A DNA stretch of 63,718 nucleotides, filler included, from Folioceros fuciformis (lineage: Eukaryota): the NCBI GenBank assembly GCA_049999805.1. It is 29 parts of 29 records of this genome, joined end to end, with 100 filler letters (N's around TTAATTAATTAA, not from the genome) between each part and the next. Parts side by side here need not be neighbours in the genome. Positions count along the whole stretch, not along the records: positions 1 to 5,861 come from JBNGIO010000398.1; positions 5,962 to 7,661 come from JBNGIO010000401.1; positions 7,762 to 9,582 come from JBNGIO010000402.1; positions 9,683 to 10,805 come from JBNGIO010000403.1; 25 more parts are not named here. The stretch is one strand, 5' to 3'. Numbering within the stretch: the stretch's first letter is position 1; each line of letters starts with the position of its first letter. The position numbers were made by a program, and so were the translations under genes. Below the pieces are notes generated by a model that did not search any database, was not told the origin of the DNA, and saw only the letters and a list, made by a program, of their open reading frames with translations. This document shows, piece after piece, positions 1-10,905 of the stretch.

Positions 1-24
1 GATTCGCGATTGGCACATCTTGAT

Positions 25-610
25 TCATTGGTTCCATGCCACGTCGATGTTGCGAGTTTCAGACTTCTTTTCCTCAACTTTTGGCACCGTCACTGTCAGC
101 ACACCGTTGTCTACTGTAGCGGACACCTGATCCAAGTTCACATTGGTCGGGAGCTGGAATTTCCGCAGGAACTGGCCGTGTGAGCGCTCCACATGATGCC
201 ACTTGTCTGTCTCCTGCACCTCCTCCTTGCTCCGCTCTCCTCTGATTTTCAGTACATGCCCGTTCTCCACTTCCACCTTTACCTCTTCCTTCTGAAGGCC
301 TATGCGAATTGAAGTCACGACCCTGTCAGAAACTCTACCCTTATCCACCACAATTCCAACCGATGTAAGGAGTTCAATATTGTCGAGCAGGAGGACCTAC
401 CAGGCAAATCTGCTCTGAAGACGTGAGCTGTTGGTGTTTCCTTCCAATCCACCTTGGTACTGGCCACTGCACTTACTTCCCTCGCCAAAGAACGAGCAGG
501 AGTCCGCTCCGCTAGTCCAAAGCTCTCGAAAGGTTCCCACAGCAGGTGGAAAGTGAAGGGATCCCAAACACCGTCATTGCCCAGGCGTGAGAAGAAGAGG
601 CAAGCGCCAT
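25..610 (-). pseudogene. HSP20: Small heat-shock protein (HSP20/alpha-crystallin, class I-like) copy 1, frameshifted near the N-terminus; exons 610-401 and 299-25, GT-AG intron 400-300
   Basis: Encodes [40 protein letters not shown]...[27 protein letters not shown]. The ATG at 610 is 20 nt from TCACGC versus 21 nt in copy 2, so it is out of frame with the rest of exon 1. Confidence 0.85.
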
Positions 611-684
611 CTACAACACACTCTTCACTGTAGAGCGAGCTTTCCAAGTGACGTAGATCGCCGAAACTTCACACTGCACTTCTG

Positions 685-832
685 TTGCCACAGATCGCCT
701 TCTTCAGCTGCCACAAGGTTGCCTCTTTCAGCTGCCACAAGATCGCCTCCTTCAGCTGCCACTAGATCGCTTTGTTCAGCTGCGAATAGATCGCCTTCCT
801 CAGTTGCCACTGAATCGTCTTCTTCAGCTACT
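685..832. repeat. About 6 copies of a 24-bp tandem repeat (GCCACAAGATCGCCTCCTTCAGCT-like) in the sHSP copy 1 leader
   Basis: Units read directly; the homologous leader of copy 2 (about 4246-4302) has only 2-3 units. Confidence 0.85.
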
Positions 833-892
833 AGCGAGTACCCGTTTGTCTGTAAACAACCATAAGATGCCATAGCTCAAGAAATGCGCAGC

Positions 893-967
893 TTAAGAAC
901 TCCGAGCACATTGTTCGGGAGCTTTCTCGCTGTAACCGTTCTTGCACGCTCGCTAGGCTTCTAGAAG
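893..967 (-). promoter_or_regulatory. Putative sHSP copy 1 promoter with heat-shock elements
   Basis: gTTCg-gGAGc-tTTCt at 913-927 and cTTCtaGAAg at 958-967, upstream of a TATA-like TTCTTAAG on the minus strand; conserved in copy 2. Confidence 0.6.
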
Positions 968-1734
968 TTGGACAGCTACACTGCCGCGAGATAACCACTC
1001 GGTTCGGTCAGGATGCGTCTTTGGAAGAGTCTAGACTTTGCATAAGATACAATGAGTGCCTAAAGTTCGTACATCCAAAGGAATAATGCGCTGTAGATCC
1101 CTTCTGAGTTTTCTTCGAAATTGGGCTTGGGATTGAACCTTTATGTCCATCCTGTTGGATGTTCGTCCGTACCAATTCGTTGTCCAAAGCATTTGCCTCG
1201 CAATTGAAAACGGTTACATGTAAATGTAATGTTTATGATAGTAGTACAGTGATAAGAAGTATATATATACTATTAGAAAAAATATATTGTTTTTTAATAC
1301 TCTTTGATGTGGGTGCCATATTAGAAAATGTTTGAACGAAAATAGATATGGAACGATATTCGCTGTAATATAACTTCATATAGATCAAGAGCTTCAAGCG
1401 ATGTACCTATGGCCACTTTGGTAGTATCCCACCACATTATCATGCCATTCCAAACAAAGCACTAGTGCATATTTTCAACCAAGTCCCTAGTGCATATTTT
1501 CAACCAAGTCCTTTAAAAGCGCTTGAAGAATGCTTGAGGCTTTGCCTCAAGCTATAGGCAACAAACTCAACATTTTGAAAACCTTGCTTTGCGATTTTTG
1601 CATTTAGAAACCTTCCCTTCGTGAAAGCTAGCATCACGCATATTCTTGTACAAGCCTCTTGTAGAGATGCAAATTTCATCAAAGCATATGAATGCTTCTT
1701 CTTGGGGCACCCGTTATTGACGATGATCAAGGTC

Positions 1735-3250
1735 AAGTTGAAGTTACGGTCTGTCGTGTTGGAATTCTGGGAATGACATGTACCTCCCCCTCAAGTGCAA
1801 TTGAAAGTGGTCTGAAAAAGGCACCAGGAGAAGTTAAAAGAGCTGCCGATCCTCTTGCACAGGAATAGGCCGAGATTCATTATGACTCAAGGCTCACTGA
1901 CGTGAAACAGTTAATTGGCATGATTGATGATCTTGGATTTGACGCTGAGCTCATCAGCGCTGGGGAGGAAAGGAATCAGATTCCGCTGAAACTTGAGGGT
2001 GTTCTTTCTCAAGATGCGATGAAGGTTCCATGCTTATTTCCTTCATCCTCCTTGGGAAGTACCTGGACATCCTTGCAAAGGGCAAAAACTTCTGAAACAA
2101 TCGCTAAGATGATGGATCTTGCTCCAGATACAGCAACTTTGGTCACTCTGGATGAGAGTGGGGTAGGTCTTTCTCAACGAGAAATCAGCTCATTGCTTTT
2201 ACAATGCAATGACTTCATCAAAGTTGTATCGGGGGTGAAGGTTCCCACTGATGGTGTTTTGGTGGATGGCCCGAGTCATGTAAACGGGAGTATGCTGACT
2301 GCAGAACCAAGGCCAGTGCAGAAGGTGGTTGGTGACAAGGTTACAGGCGGTACTATGAACGAGAATGGGCTGCTACTTTTAAGGGCCACCCATGTTGTTT
2401 CAGAGACAGCTCTATCACAGATAGTGAGGTTGGTGGAGGCAGAACAGATGGCGAAGGCACCGGTACAGAAGCTTGCGGATCGAATCTCAATTATTTTGTA
2501 TCTCTGGTAAGCACGATTTGCCAAGAATTATTCATTCATGTTTCTGCAATTACTGTGGACAACATGATTTGTCGACGTGTCTGGCGGGGACACGATCTCA
2601 GATCCTGTCAAGCCAGAAGCTCCTGCAGTCGTAAGCATTGTCAAAGCTATGGGTGTCAGAGTTCATATGGTGACAGGAGATAACTGGGGAACCGAGAATG
2701 CCGTTTTCAGGGAGTTCGGGATAGGCAAGATGATGGCTGAAGTGCAACCAAGTGGAAAAGCAGACAGAGTGAAAGAACTGCAGGTACGTGGCTGGAGGGT
2801 GTTGCCGCATGCTTGTCCCGAGGTTGGTTCGTGGGCGTTTGTTGCTGCACTCTTGTCTGGAACTGCCTGATGATATTCGTTGTCGTCTGTGTACAGCCCC
2901 AAGACCTCACAGCAGCCAAGGTGGGTGACGGTATCAATGATTCTCCTGCTCTTGTCCGTGCCTTGACAATATGGTGTTGGTGATAAGGAGCTGGTACCGA
3001 TTTGCTGATATCGACATCGTTTTAATGCGGAGCGATTTGGAGGACGTAATTACAGCGATTGACTTGTGTCGCAAAACATTCAGGAAAATCAGGCTGGATT
3101 ACGTGTGGGCATTGGGCTACAATGTGTTTGGTATCCCTCTGGCTTCTGGCGCTATCTACTTTTCACAGGATGTCGTCTTCCACCGTGGGTTGCAGGAATA
3201 GCCATGGCTTCGTCATGTATCAGCGTGGTGTGCTCTTCTTTGTTGCTAAA
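1735..3250 (+). pseudogene. HMA5: HMA5/RAN1-like P1B copper-transporting ATPase pseudogene with internal deletions, frameshifts and retained introns
   Basis: Degenerate HMA domain (GMTCTS...), AKGKTSETIAKMMDLAP, A-domain VPTDG..SMLTAEP, KAPVQKLADRIS, MVTGDNWGT, VGDGINDSPAL, DIVLMRSDLEDVITAIDL, AMASSCISVVCSSLLLK. The CPC and DKTGT regions are not seen. Confidence 0.88.
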
Positions 3251-3595
3251 GATAATTTTAATTATCTTTGGTGATGCTACATCAATATACTGGAGCATAC
3301 AGACGATATATACAGCCCTTCCCATGTGTCCAAAACGAAGACAAAGGGATTGAAAGATAGACTATTGTAAAACGTTGAAGATTCATCATTAAGCTATCAG
3401 TCTCATTACTTGCCTGAAATGTACGGAGACCTGCTGCATCAGGGCAAAGATGCGCTCCACAGCGATGAATACCCTCTGAAAACGCAGGTATACCTATCTA
3501 CAATGTAGTTGGAAGCAGATGCTTGACAGTGCTCTCTCGAGGGAGCCGGCAATTACCAATCCACACCCATCGCAACTCATCACTGTGTTTAAAGT

Positions 3596-4176
3596 TTATT
3601 GGCTCCATGACACGTTGATGTTTCGAGTTTCAGGCTTCTTTTCCTCGACTTTTGGCACCGTCACTGTTAGCACGCCGTTTTCCACCGTAGCGGACACCTG
3701 ATCCAAGCTCACATTGGTCGGGAGCCGGAACTTCCGCAGGAATTGGCCGTGTGAGCGCTCCACATGATGCCACTTGTCCGTCTTCTGCACCTCCTCTTTG
3801 CTGCGCTCCCCACTGATTTTCAGTACATGCCCGTTCTCCACTTCCACCTTCACCTCTTCCTTCTTAAGACCTAAACGAGTTGAAGTCACGACCCTGTCAG
3901 AGACTACCGCACGTCCAACGAATATCGACGTAAGGAGTTCACTTCTGTCAAGCAGAAGGACCTACCAGGCAAATCTGCTCTGAAGATGTGAGCCGTTGGT
4001 GTTTCCTTCCAATCAACCTTGGTGCTGGCCACGGCACTTGCATCCCTCGCAAAAGAACGAGCAGGAGTCCGCTCGGCCAGTCCAAAGCTCTCGAAAGGGT
4101 CCCACAGTCGGTGGAAAGTAAAGGGATCCCAAACATCGTCGTTGCCCAGGCGTGAGAGGAAAGGAGTAAGCGCCAT
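3596..4176 (-). CDS. HSP20: Small heat-shock protein (HSP20, class I-like, 161 aa) copy 2, intact; exons 4176-3966 and 3870-3596, 95-bp GT-AG intron
   Basis: [19 protein letters not shown]...[31 protein letters not shown]...[28 protein letters not shown]. Splicing CCTG|GTAGG...TTTAG|GTCTT gives an open 486-nt frame. Confidence 0.93.
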
Positions 4177-4362
4177 CTACAACACACTCTTCACCGTAGG
4201 GTGAGCTTCCCGCGGGACGTAGATCGTCAAAACTTGGCACACCACTTCTGCTGCCACTGAATTGCCTTCTTCAGCTGCCAATGGATCGTCTTCCTCAGCT
4301 ACTCGCGAGAACGCGATTATCTGAAAAGAACTGCGGGATGTCATGGCTTCAGCAATGCGTAG

Positions 4363-4598
4363 CTTAAGAAGTACGAGCACCATGTTCGGGAGCTTTCTAG
4401 CTGTAACCGTTCTTACACTCTCGCTAGGCTTCTAGAAGTTGGACGGCTAGGCTAGACTGCCCCGAGGTGACCACTGCGGTTCGGTCACGATGCGTCTTCA
4501 GAAGAGTCCAGGCCTTGCACTGGGTACATTGAACTCCTAAAGTACGTACATCGAAAAGGCTAAAGTGTTGTAGATAGATCCCTTCAAGAATTCTCGTA
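4363..4598 (-). promoter_or_regulatory. Putative sHSP copy 2 promoter with heat-shock elements
   Basis: gTTCg-gGAGc-tTTCt at 4384-4398, cTTCtaGAAg at 4429-4438 and cTTCaaGAAttCTCg near 4582-4596; the first two are shared with copy 1. Confidence 0.62.
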
Positions 4599-4799
4599 AA
4601 AAAGTTGGCACGGGATTGAAACCCTTCTACCCATCCTCTCCAATGTTCTCGTCTGCCAATTCCGCACTCTATTCTAAGCCGTACTCTGGGTGTTAGAAAA
4701 TTTTGCACAAAAAGATATTACTAGGCCTAATTTTCCAAATAAAATTTACAACTTGATTGTATCTATGCCTTGTTGAGTACTGACCTAAGGGCACATTCA

Positions 4800-5340
4800 T
4801 AATCACCACATTTATGAGGTAGGGCATCTAGGCTTAAGGCTAAGGGAGTTAGAGACTTTATTACAAAAGAAAGATAGAAATCCATCCTCCCCAAAAGGAA
4901 AAAGTGTGGCTGCAGTAGGGGTCAGCATAATCATCCCACCCTGACCTCTTTAGTGGGCTCTTGTCGGCCATGGCGGCCCCATGAGGAGAACCCAGAATCT
5001 TAAGTTTTTTTAGAACCCAACCTCTTAAGTTTTTCTTTTTCTTTCCTGAAAGCGAATGCAGAACATGGTAGCAAATCCAGTGATATGCGATGGGAAGCAA
5101 ATCCGGTGATATGGGATCTTCGTTGTTAGTGTTCCAAGCCTCCTTCATGATGCAGTTGCAGTATGCGGCACACAATCTGTACAGTCGGTGAATCCCCCGA
5201 AGTCTCTTGGGGTAGCTTAATAGAAGCCGATGTATACACTCAGAACACACGCTTGCAGGAAGCCGGCCACGAGATGGGGATCAATTATGACAGCCTATGA
5301 GGGCCTCTAATCGATAGGGACATGGTGAGGTGGTTGCGTG
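4800..5340 (-). mobile_element. Possible degenerate LINE 3' fragment between sHSP copies 2 and 3
   Basis: Absent from the copy 1 flank; a decayed C/H-containing stretch (SCKRV/SECIHRLLLSYP) loosely recalls the LINE C-terminal zinc motif. Weak. Confidence 0.25.
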
Positions 5341-5725
5341 TCTAAGTTGGTGGTCATGAGCTGGAGCAGATCATACAAACGGAGAAAGTAACACAAACAA
5401 AGACTTGTATTCCGCAATGTGTGTACAAAAACTCCGTGGATTTACAGAGCAACTGAAGAAATGGGTTGGGAGGGTGATTGTAGAAAGTAGAAGCTTCATC
5501 ACTTGGCCATCACTACATAAATAACTGCCTGCAATTTCTTAAAACCTGCTGCCCAAGGGCGAGCAATGTCTCCACTACGGCGAACACCCTATGAATGGCA
5601 GGCATACCTATCTGGAAGACAGTTGGAGGCAGTAGCTTGATCATACCCTACCGAGGGGGCTATTCACAATCCACACCCATCGCTGTCCATCACTGCGTTT
5701 CACGTACAGCACATCTTTGATTCAT

Positions 5726-5861
5726 TCATTGGCTCCATGCCACATCGATGTTTCGAGTTTCAGGCTTCTTTTCCTCAACTTTTGGCACCGTCACTGTGAG
5801 CACGCCATTTTCCACTGTAGCGGACACCTGATCCAAGTTCACATTGGGCGGGAGCCGGAAC
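5726..5861 (-). CDS. HSP20: sHSP copy 3, 3' end only (cut by the contig end)
   Basis: [44 protein letters not shown]; its 3' flank (about 5490-5700) is homologous to that of copy 2 (about 3380-3590). Confidence 0.9.
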
Positions 5862-5961
5862 NNNNNNNNNNNNNNNNNNNNNNNNNNNNNNNNNNNNNNN
5901 NNNNNTTAATTAATTAANNNNNNNNNNNNNNNNNNNNNNNNNNNNNNNNNNNNNNNNNNNN
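5862..5961. other. First of 28 artificial contig spacers N44-TTAATTAATTAA-N44. Others start at 7662, 9583, 10806, 12964, 17498, 20124, 22053, 24269, 27027, 28283, 30432, 32228, 34006, 35334, 38827, 40360, 41674, 43426, 45833, 47944, 50884, 52380, 54995, 57309, 58585, 59841, 61221
   Basis: Identical 100-bp linker with stops in all six frames; flanking sequences are unrelated. Confidence 0.99.
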
Positions 5962-7661
5962 GCTCTAGGTGGACGACAGCTGGCGTTTGCCTCATAGACC
6001 TCGATAAGCTTCATTCCTTGAGATCGAGTTGGGCTGCACTTCTGGGTCACCAAGTGGAGGTCTTCGCTTACGAGCAACTAGCGGCTTTTGCAACCTCTGA
6101 GGCAAAGCTTAGAGGCAAGATGGCTGTTGCGGGCTTGGTCTAGGGGTCAAGTTTTGTCCCTTCCTCGCCTGTAGCTGACGGAGAGGAGGAAGGGAGTCTT
6201 TCCAGGAGACTCATGGGCCTCAGTTCCTCACCTCTCCTCGGGGGGTCCTTACATCCCGCACCCTGCCTGCTACGAGCCATCAGTCCTTAGGGCTTGGAAG
6301 GGGCCTCGGGCCTGCTAGAATAGTTGAGTCAGGTCTAGTAGTATCGGCTACTAGCTCTATTGTCTGGAACTTGATGGCTACTTCTAGCTTGACCATAGGT
6401 AAACGGAGGAACTTGGAGGCCGTCGTAGGGAAAAGGTCTCAAGTTTTTGAAGACTCGTTATCAGGACTTAAGCGCCAGGACCAGATTGCGGTCATCAAAG
6501 CAAGGAAGGCGCTGAACAAAGCTGTTCAACGCATGGCCTTGGACATCACTTCCCCGGAAGGGAAAAAGTCTACGGTGATGGCAGTGCCTAAGGGAGGCCA
6601 CAGACTTCAGGGGAGGATCAATGCTGGTGAGGTGAATGAAATTGTGGTAATGAGTAGTCAATGCAAATTTGGAGCGGAACTAGATTTTGGAAGGGAGGGA
6701 ACCGGATCTGAGGGTCTTGGTTCAAAACTGGTGGACTGTGCAAGCCCCTTGAAACGGGGTAGTCACACTATGAGAGATAACTCGGTTTATGCATCCTAGG
6801 ATGAGGTATTCTTATCTCCCACTGCTGTGGACTATGAGGATTCTGAGACTGTCTGGCATGAAGTGCAAGCTGTCTTCTCCGAGGACGAAGGTACCACATC
6901 CCCTTTAACTTCTATGGAAAAGGATCCTATACGGGTTAAGGAGGTGCAAGTAGAGTATCCTCCCCCGGGGCCGGAGGGTTCCTGCCTGCTGAGTTGTCAG
7001 GAGTTCAGGAAGACGGTAGGTTCAACAAGGAAGAAAGGCAAACATTGGGTGATCAACCTGACGGTTTTGAGAAAGGTGCAAGACTTTTACTCCTTTCTGG
7101 TTATGATAGCGGCGGCGGGGGGGAGCAGATTCCTCTTACCATTACAATGCACCAGTTGCATGCTGGGCAGAAAAGGATCTTCGACTTCCTGGCTGCCAGA
7201 GGGGTTCATGTTGGCAGGAGTGGACTGAAGGTGGAATTCTTCAGTGGAATTTACCAGAAGGATGGTCAACTTTTTGCTAACATCCGGCTAAAACAAGGCT
7301 ATGGGCCCAGTATGCCTCTTATCCTAGAGTGGAAGTGGTCCTTGGATGTTCCTTGGGCAAAAGTCTTGATCCCGTCCTCAGATCTGGTAGCCGGGGAAGT
7401 TGAGGGGCGCACAGGCAGTTTGGGCAGGAGGAACACTCCCACTGTTTGCAAGTCGGAAAGGTTGCAAAGATTGTCCCTTGAATGCAAACCAAAGGATCAG
7501 CTGGCGCGGCCCAAAGTTGTGTCGGGTGCTAGGTTACCCAAGCCATCTGCCGTCCGGAAGCTCTCAAGCAAGTCCCCCTAATGGGTATCGGCACTTTGAA
7601 GAACTATGAGAGGGGGTCTCATCTGAGGATCATTTCCTGGAATGTTAGGGGCTTGGGGGGA
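5962..7661 (+). mobile_element. L1-type LINE fragment: decayed ORF1 3' part and start of ORF2 (APE endonuclease)
   Basis: The frame from the ATG at 7581 reads MGIGTLKNYERGSHLRIISWNVRGLGG, the typical APE N-terminal motif; the upstream frame ends at TAA 7579-7581. Confidence 0.8.
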
Positions 7662-7761
7662 NNNNNNNNNNNNNNNNNNNNNNNNNNNNNNNNNNNNNNN
7701 NNNNNTTAATTAATTAANNNNNNNNNNNNNNNNNNNNNNNNNNNNNNNNNNNNNNNNNNNN

Positions 7762-8028
7762 AATTAATATTAAACTAATCACCCAACCCTATGGCCTGGT
7801 GCCGAACCTAAACCTTCCCAGGTCTGGGACCAAACCTACACCCACTCTTATAACCAAACCAACTATTTCCTGGTCAATTAACCTAATTAACACAAAGAAA
7901 AATAGGAAAAATGACCAGAAAATCAAGGAAAATTAGAGAAAATAAGTTGAAAAAGAAAACCAAACCATACCACTATTAACCCTTTTTCAACCAAAACAAA
8001 CTACTACCCCAAACTTTGGAGGTTCACA
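7762..8028 (-). mobile_element. LTR family A terminus (element begins TGTGAACCTCCAAAGTTTGGGG on the minus strand)
   Basis: Near-identical to copies with termini at 24438, 28549, 58248, 59761 and 60370, each with a different flank; TG terminus. Confidence 0.85.
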
Positions 8029-8434
8029 CTGGTCCTTGCTGGCGGCGGCGCAGGTGGGTCTCGTTGCAGAGAATTCCTCTCCTCCCTCCGTCGCTGATTG
8101 TTGAGGATGAGGATAGGATCCCGCTCAACCCACTGCTGCGCCTCCTCCCCCGTCAATTCCTCCATGACTGCCTCGGAATAGCAATGAGGCAATCCCCATA
8201 CCCACCAGCGGTAGTAGTAGAGGCCCCTGCGAGTCGTCAGTTGCAGGCCGTAGCCCCGCGTCCCTCCTATGCCCATGCGTACATACAGAAACAACTTCAG
8301 AACTCGAGCTCCTTTCACATAGAGACTCGGCACATAAGAGGCCTCCTCCTCATACTGTAGCACAACCCGACCTTTTGTCATAAAGGAGGTGCTTACCCCT
8401 TCCTCCCTTGGGCTACCTTGGGCTGCCTGCCCCC

Positions 8435-8806
8435 TGCTCTCGTGGGGTACTTGAGGATCCTCCATCCCTCCAACTACTGCTTCTCCTGGCTCAATCCGCG
8501 TGGCGCGAGTTGCCCTCCTGGAGCGCCTGCTCTCATGGGGTACCTGAGGATCCTCCATCCCTCCAACTACTGCTTCTCCTGGCTCAGTCCGCGTGGCGCG
8601 AGTTGCCCTCTTGGAGCGCCTGCTCTCGTGGGGTACTTGAGGATCCTCCATCCCTCCAACTACTGCTTCTCCTGGCTCAATCCGCGTGGCGCGAGTTGCC
8701 CTCCTGGAGCGCCTGCTCTCGTGGGGTACTTGAGGATCCTCCATCCCTCCAAATACTGCTTCTCCTGGCTCACTCCGCATGGCGCGAGTTGCCCTCCTGG
8801 AGCGCC
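8435..8806. repeat. 4 x 90-bp tandem repeat
   Basis: Unit CTGCTCTCGTGGGGTACTTGAGGATCCTCC...TGGAGCGC; gives 30-aa repeats in the ORF track. Confidence 0.95.
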
Positions 8807-8880
8807 TGGGCACAGGCGCCTCTGCCAGCACTTCTTCAACTACTGAGGTCGAGGCTTCGGCTACCAGCGTCGTCCCTCCT

Positions 8881-9115
8881 CTACCAGTAGCCCCTTTGGC
8901 TACCTCGGGTGTTGCAAGACTACCGGTAGCCTCTTCGGCTACCGGTGTGGCCACTCGACTACCAGTAGCCCCATCGGCTACCGGCACTGTTGCTCGGCTA
9001 CCGGTAGCCCTGTTGGCTACTGGCACTGGGACTCAACTACCGGTAGCCCCGTCGGCTACTGGCACTAGGACTCAACTACCGGTAGCCCCGTCAGCTACCG
9101 GCGTCGCTGTTCGGC
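8881..9115. repeat. About 6 x 39-bp tandem repeat
   Basis: CTACCGGTAGCCCC..GGCTACC units giving 13-aa repeats. Confidence 0.9.
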
Positions 9116-9814
9116 TACTTCGCCTAGCCTTGCCCTTCCCCTTTACTCGCTCCCTGGCCTCGTCCCGCTCTTGTTTGCACCTGTCGGCTAGCTTCTAGAC
9201 TTGTTCCATCGTAGCCATCTCCTACTCCTGAGCCCTAGCCATCTCGTATTGCATTTCCTAATTAGTCTCATGGGCTTCCCTCACCTAAGCTAGGAGAGTC
9301 CCCGGTTGCTCCTTCAGCGCCTGTATCTCTGCCTTCGCCTGGCGCGCCTCTTCCTTCACCTGTGCCTTATCCTCACTCACGACCCATTGCTTCTCCTCCA
9401 GGAGCTGCCGTGCCGTCTTAGATTCTGCCAGCTGCCTCCAAGCTTCAGCCTCCTTCCCTCTCGCCTCTGCCTCCTTGCTCCGGGCCTCAGCCTCCCTCTC
9501 CGCCTACATGCTCAGCCAGGTCAATGCCCTGGCCGCCTGGTCCAGCAAGTCTGCTTGTGCCTACATGTGAACGAAAAAAACTNNNNNNNNNNNNNNNNNN
9601 NNNNNNNNNNNNNNNNNNNNNNNNNNTTAATTAATTAANNNNNNNNNNNNNNNNNNNNNNNNNNNNNNNNNNNNNNNNNNNNCCTCCATAGGAAGACAGT
9701 GGTGATGTGTATTGTTTTCATGGTTGTGACCACCAATACCACCCTCTTTTCTCCTCTCCTACACTTGCACATAGACTGGAGTCGATCCTATTGACAATCG
9801 TGACTGTCAACACG

Positions 9815-10805
9815 CCTGCTCCAAATAAAATCCTTTCTCGAAGAAAATGATAATGTACCTCAATGTGTTTGGTCCTGACATGAAACACTGGGTTTTGCGC
9901 CAACTGTATGCTGCTAAGATTGTCATAGTAGATAACAACCTTTCATTGACCTGCAATCCAAAATCTCCGAGTAACTTACAAATCCAAGTCACTTCACACG
10001 CTGCCATTGCTGCGCCTCTGTATTCAGCTTCTATACTAGACAAAGCCACTGTAGGCTGCTTCTTGCTACTCCATGTTATTGCTGCACTCCCAAGTGAAAA
10101 TATGAATCCACTTGTAGATCTACGATTCGTAACATTGCCTGCCCAATCTGCATCTGTGTACCCACACAAGTTTATTTCTAAATCTGCAACATAAAAGAGA
10201 GCATGATCCATAGTTGCCTTCACATAGCGCAATGTTTGCCTTACTGCATCCAAATGTGGCTTTCTTGGCACCTGCATAAACTAACTCTGCAGTCCTACTG
10301 TGTAGTTCAAATCTGATCGGGATAGAGTAAGATATATCAAGCTACCCACAATCTTCCTGTACATTGTTGGATCTTCAAGTACTTCACCAACATGAGCACT
10401 AAGCTTCAGATTTGGATCCAAAGGAATCGAGGTTGGCTTGCACTCAACCATACCATACTTAGTTAGTACATCCGACGCATACTTCTGCTGTGACAGCCAA
10501 ATGCCTGTGTTGGTTCGTATAATTTCAATGCCCAAGAAGAACCTCAATTCACCAAGGTCCGTCATCTTAAACTCTTGTTGCAGAAGTTCCTTGATTTGCT
10601 CCACTTGATCCAACAGATTACCTCCAATGATTAGATCATCCACATAAATGATCACAAAGACCAGTCCTTTTGTACTTCTGCACACATACAACGAATGATC
10701 CGCATCGGCTATGTTGAATCCGATGTGAATCAGATGCTGAGCAAGATGCTCATGCCAAGCCCTCAGGGCTTGCTTCAGTCCGTACAACGTTTTTTTCAGC
10801 TTGCA
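9815..10805 (-). mobile_element. Ty1/Copia RT-RNase H fragment (pseudogenised)
   Basis: LYGLKQA, IIYVDDLII, GYTDADWAG..RRSTSG, SKKQPTVALSS, KHIEVHYHF; internal stop at 10281 and a frameshift. Confidence 0.95.
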
Positions 10806-10905
10806 NNNNNNNNNNNNNNNNNNNNNNNNNNNNNNNNNNNNNNNNNNNNTTAATTAATTAANNNNNNNNNNNNNNNNNNNNNNNNNNNNNNNNNNNNNNN
10901 NNNNN

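Larger units (their letters stand above)
8029..9565 (-). pseudogene. Retrotransposon accessory (orphan) ORF remnant: coiled-coil, 13-aa and 30-aa repeats, and a conserved globular domain
   Basis: YVPSLYVKGARVLKLFLYVRMGIGGTRGYGLQLTTRRG is homologous to minus-strand 37280-37560 within family D; in-frame stops occur in the coiled-coil part. Confidence 0.65.

Noticed and set aside
5906-5917. Recurring TTAATTAATTAA and ORFs ending X..LIN
   Set aside because: Artificial six-frame-stop linker between contigs; not biological, and no linkage across it can be inferred.
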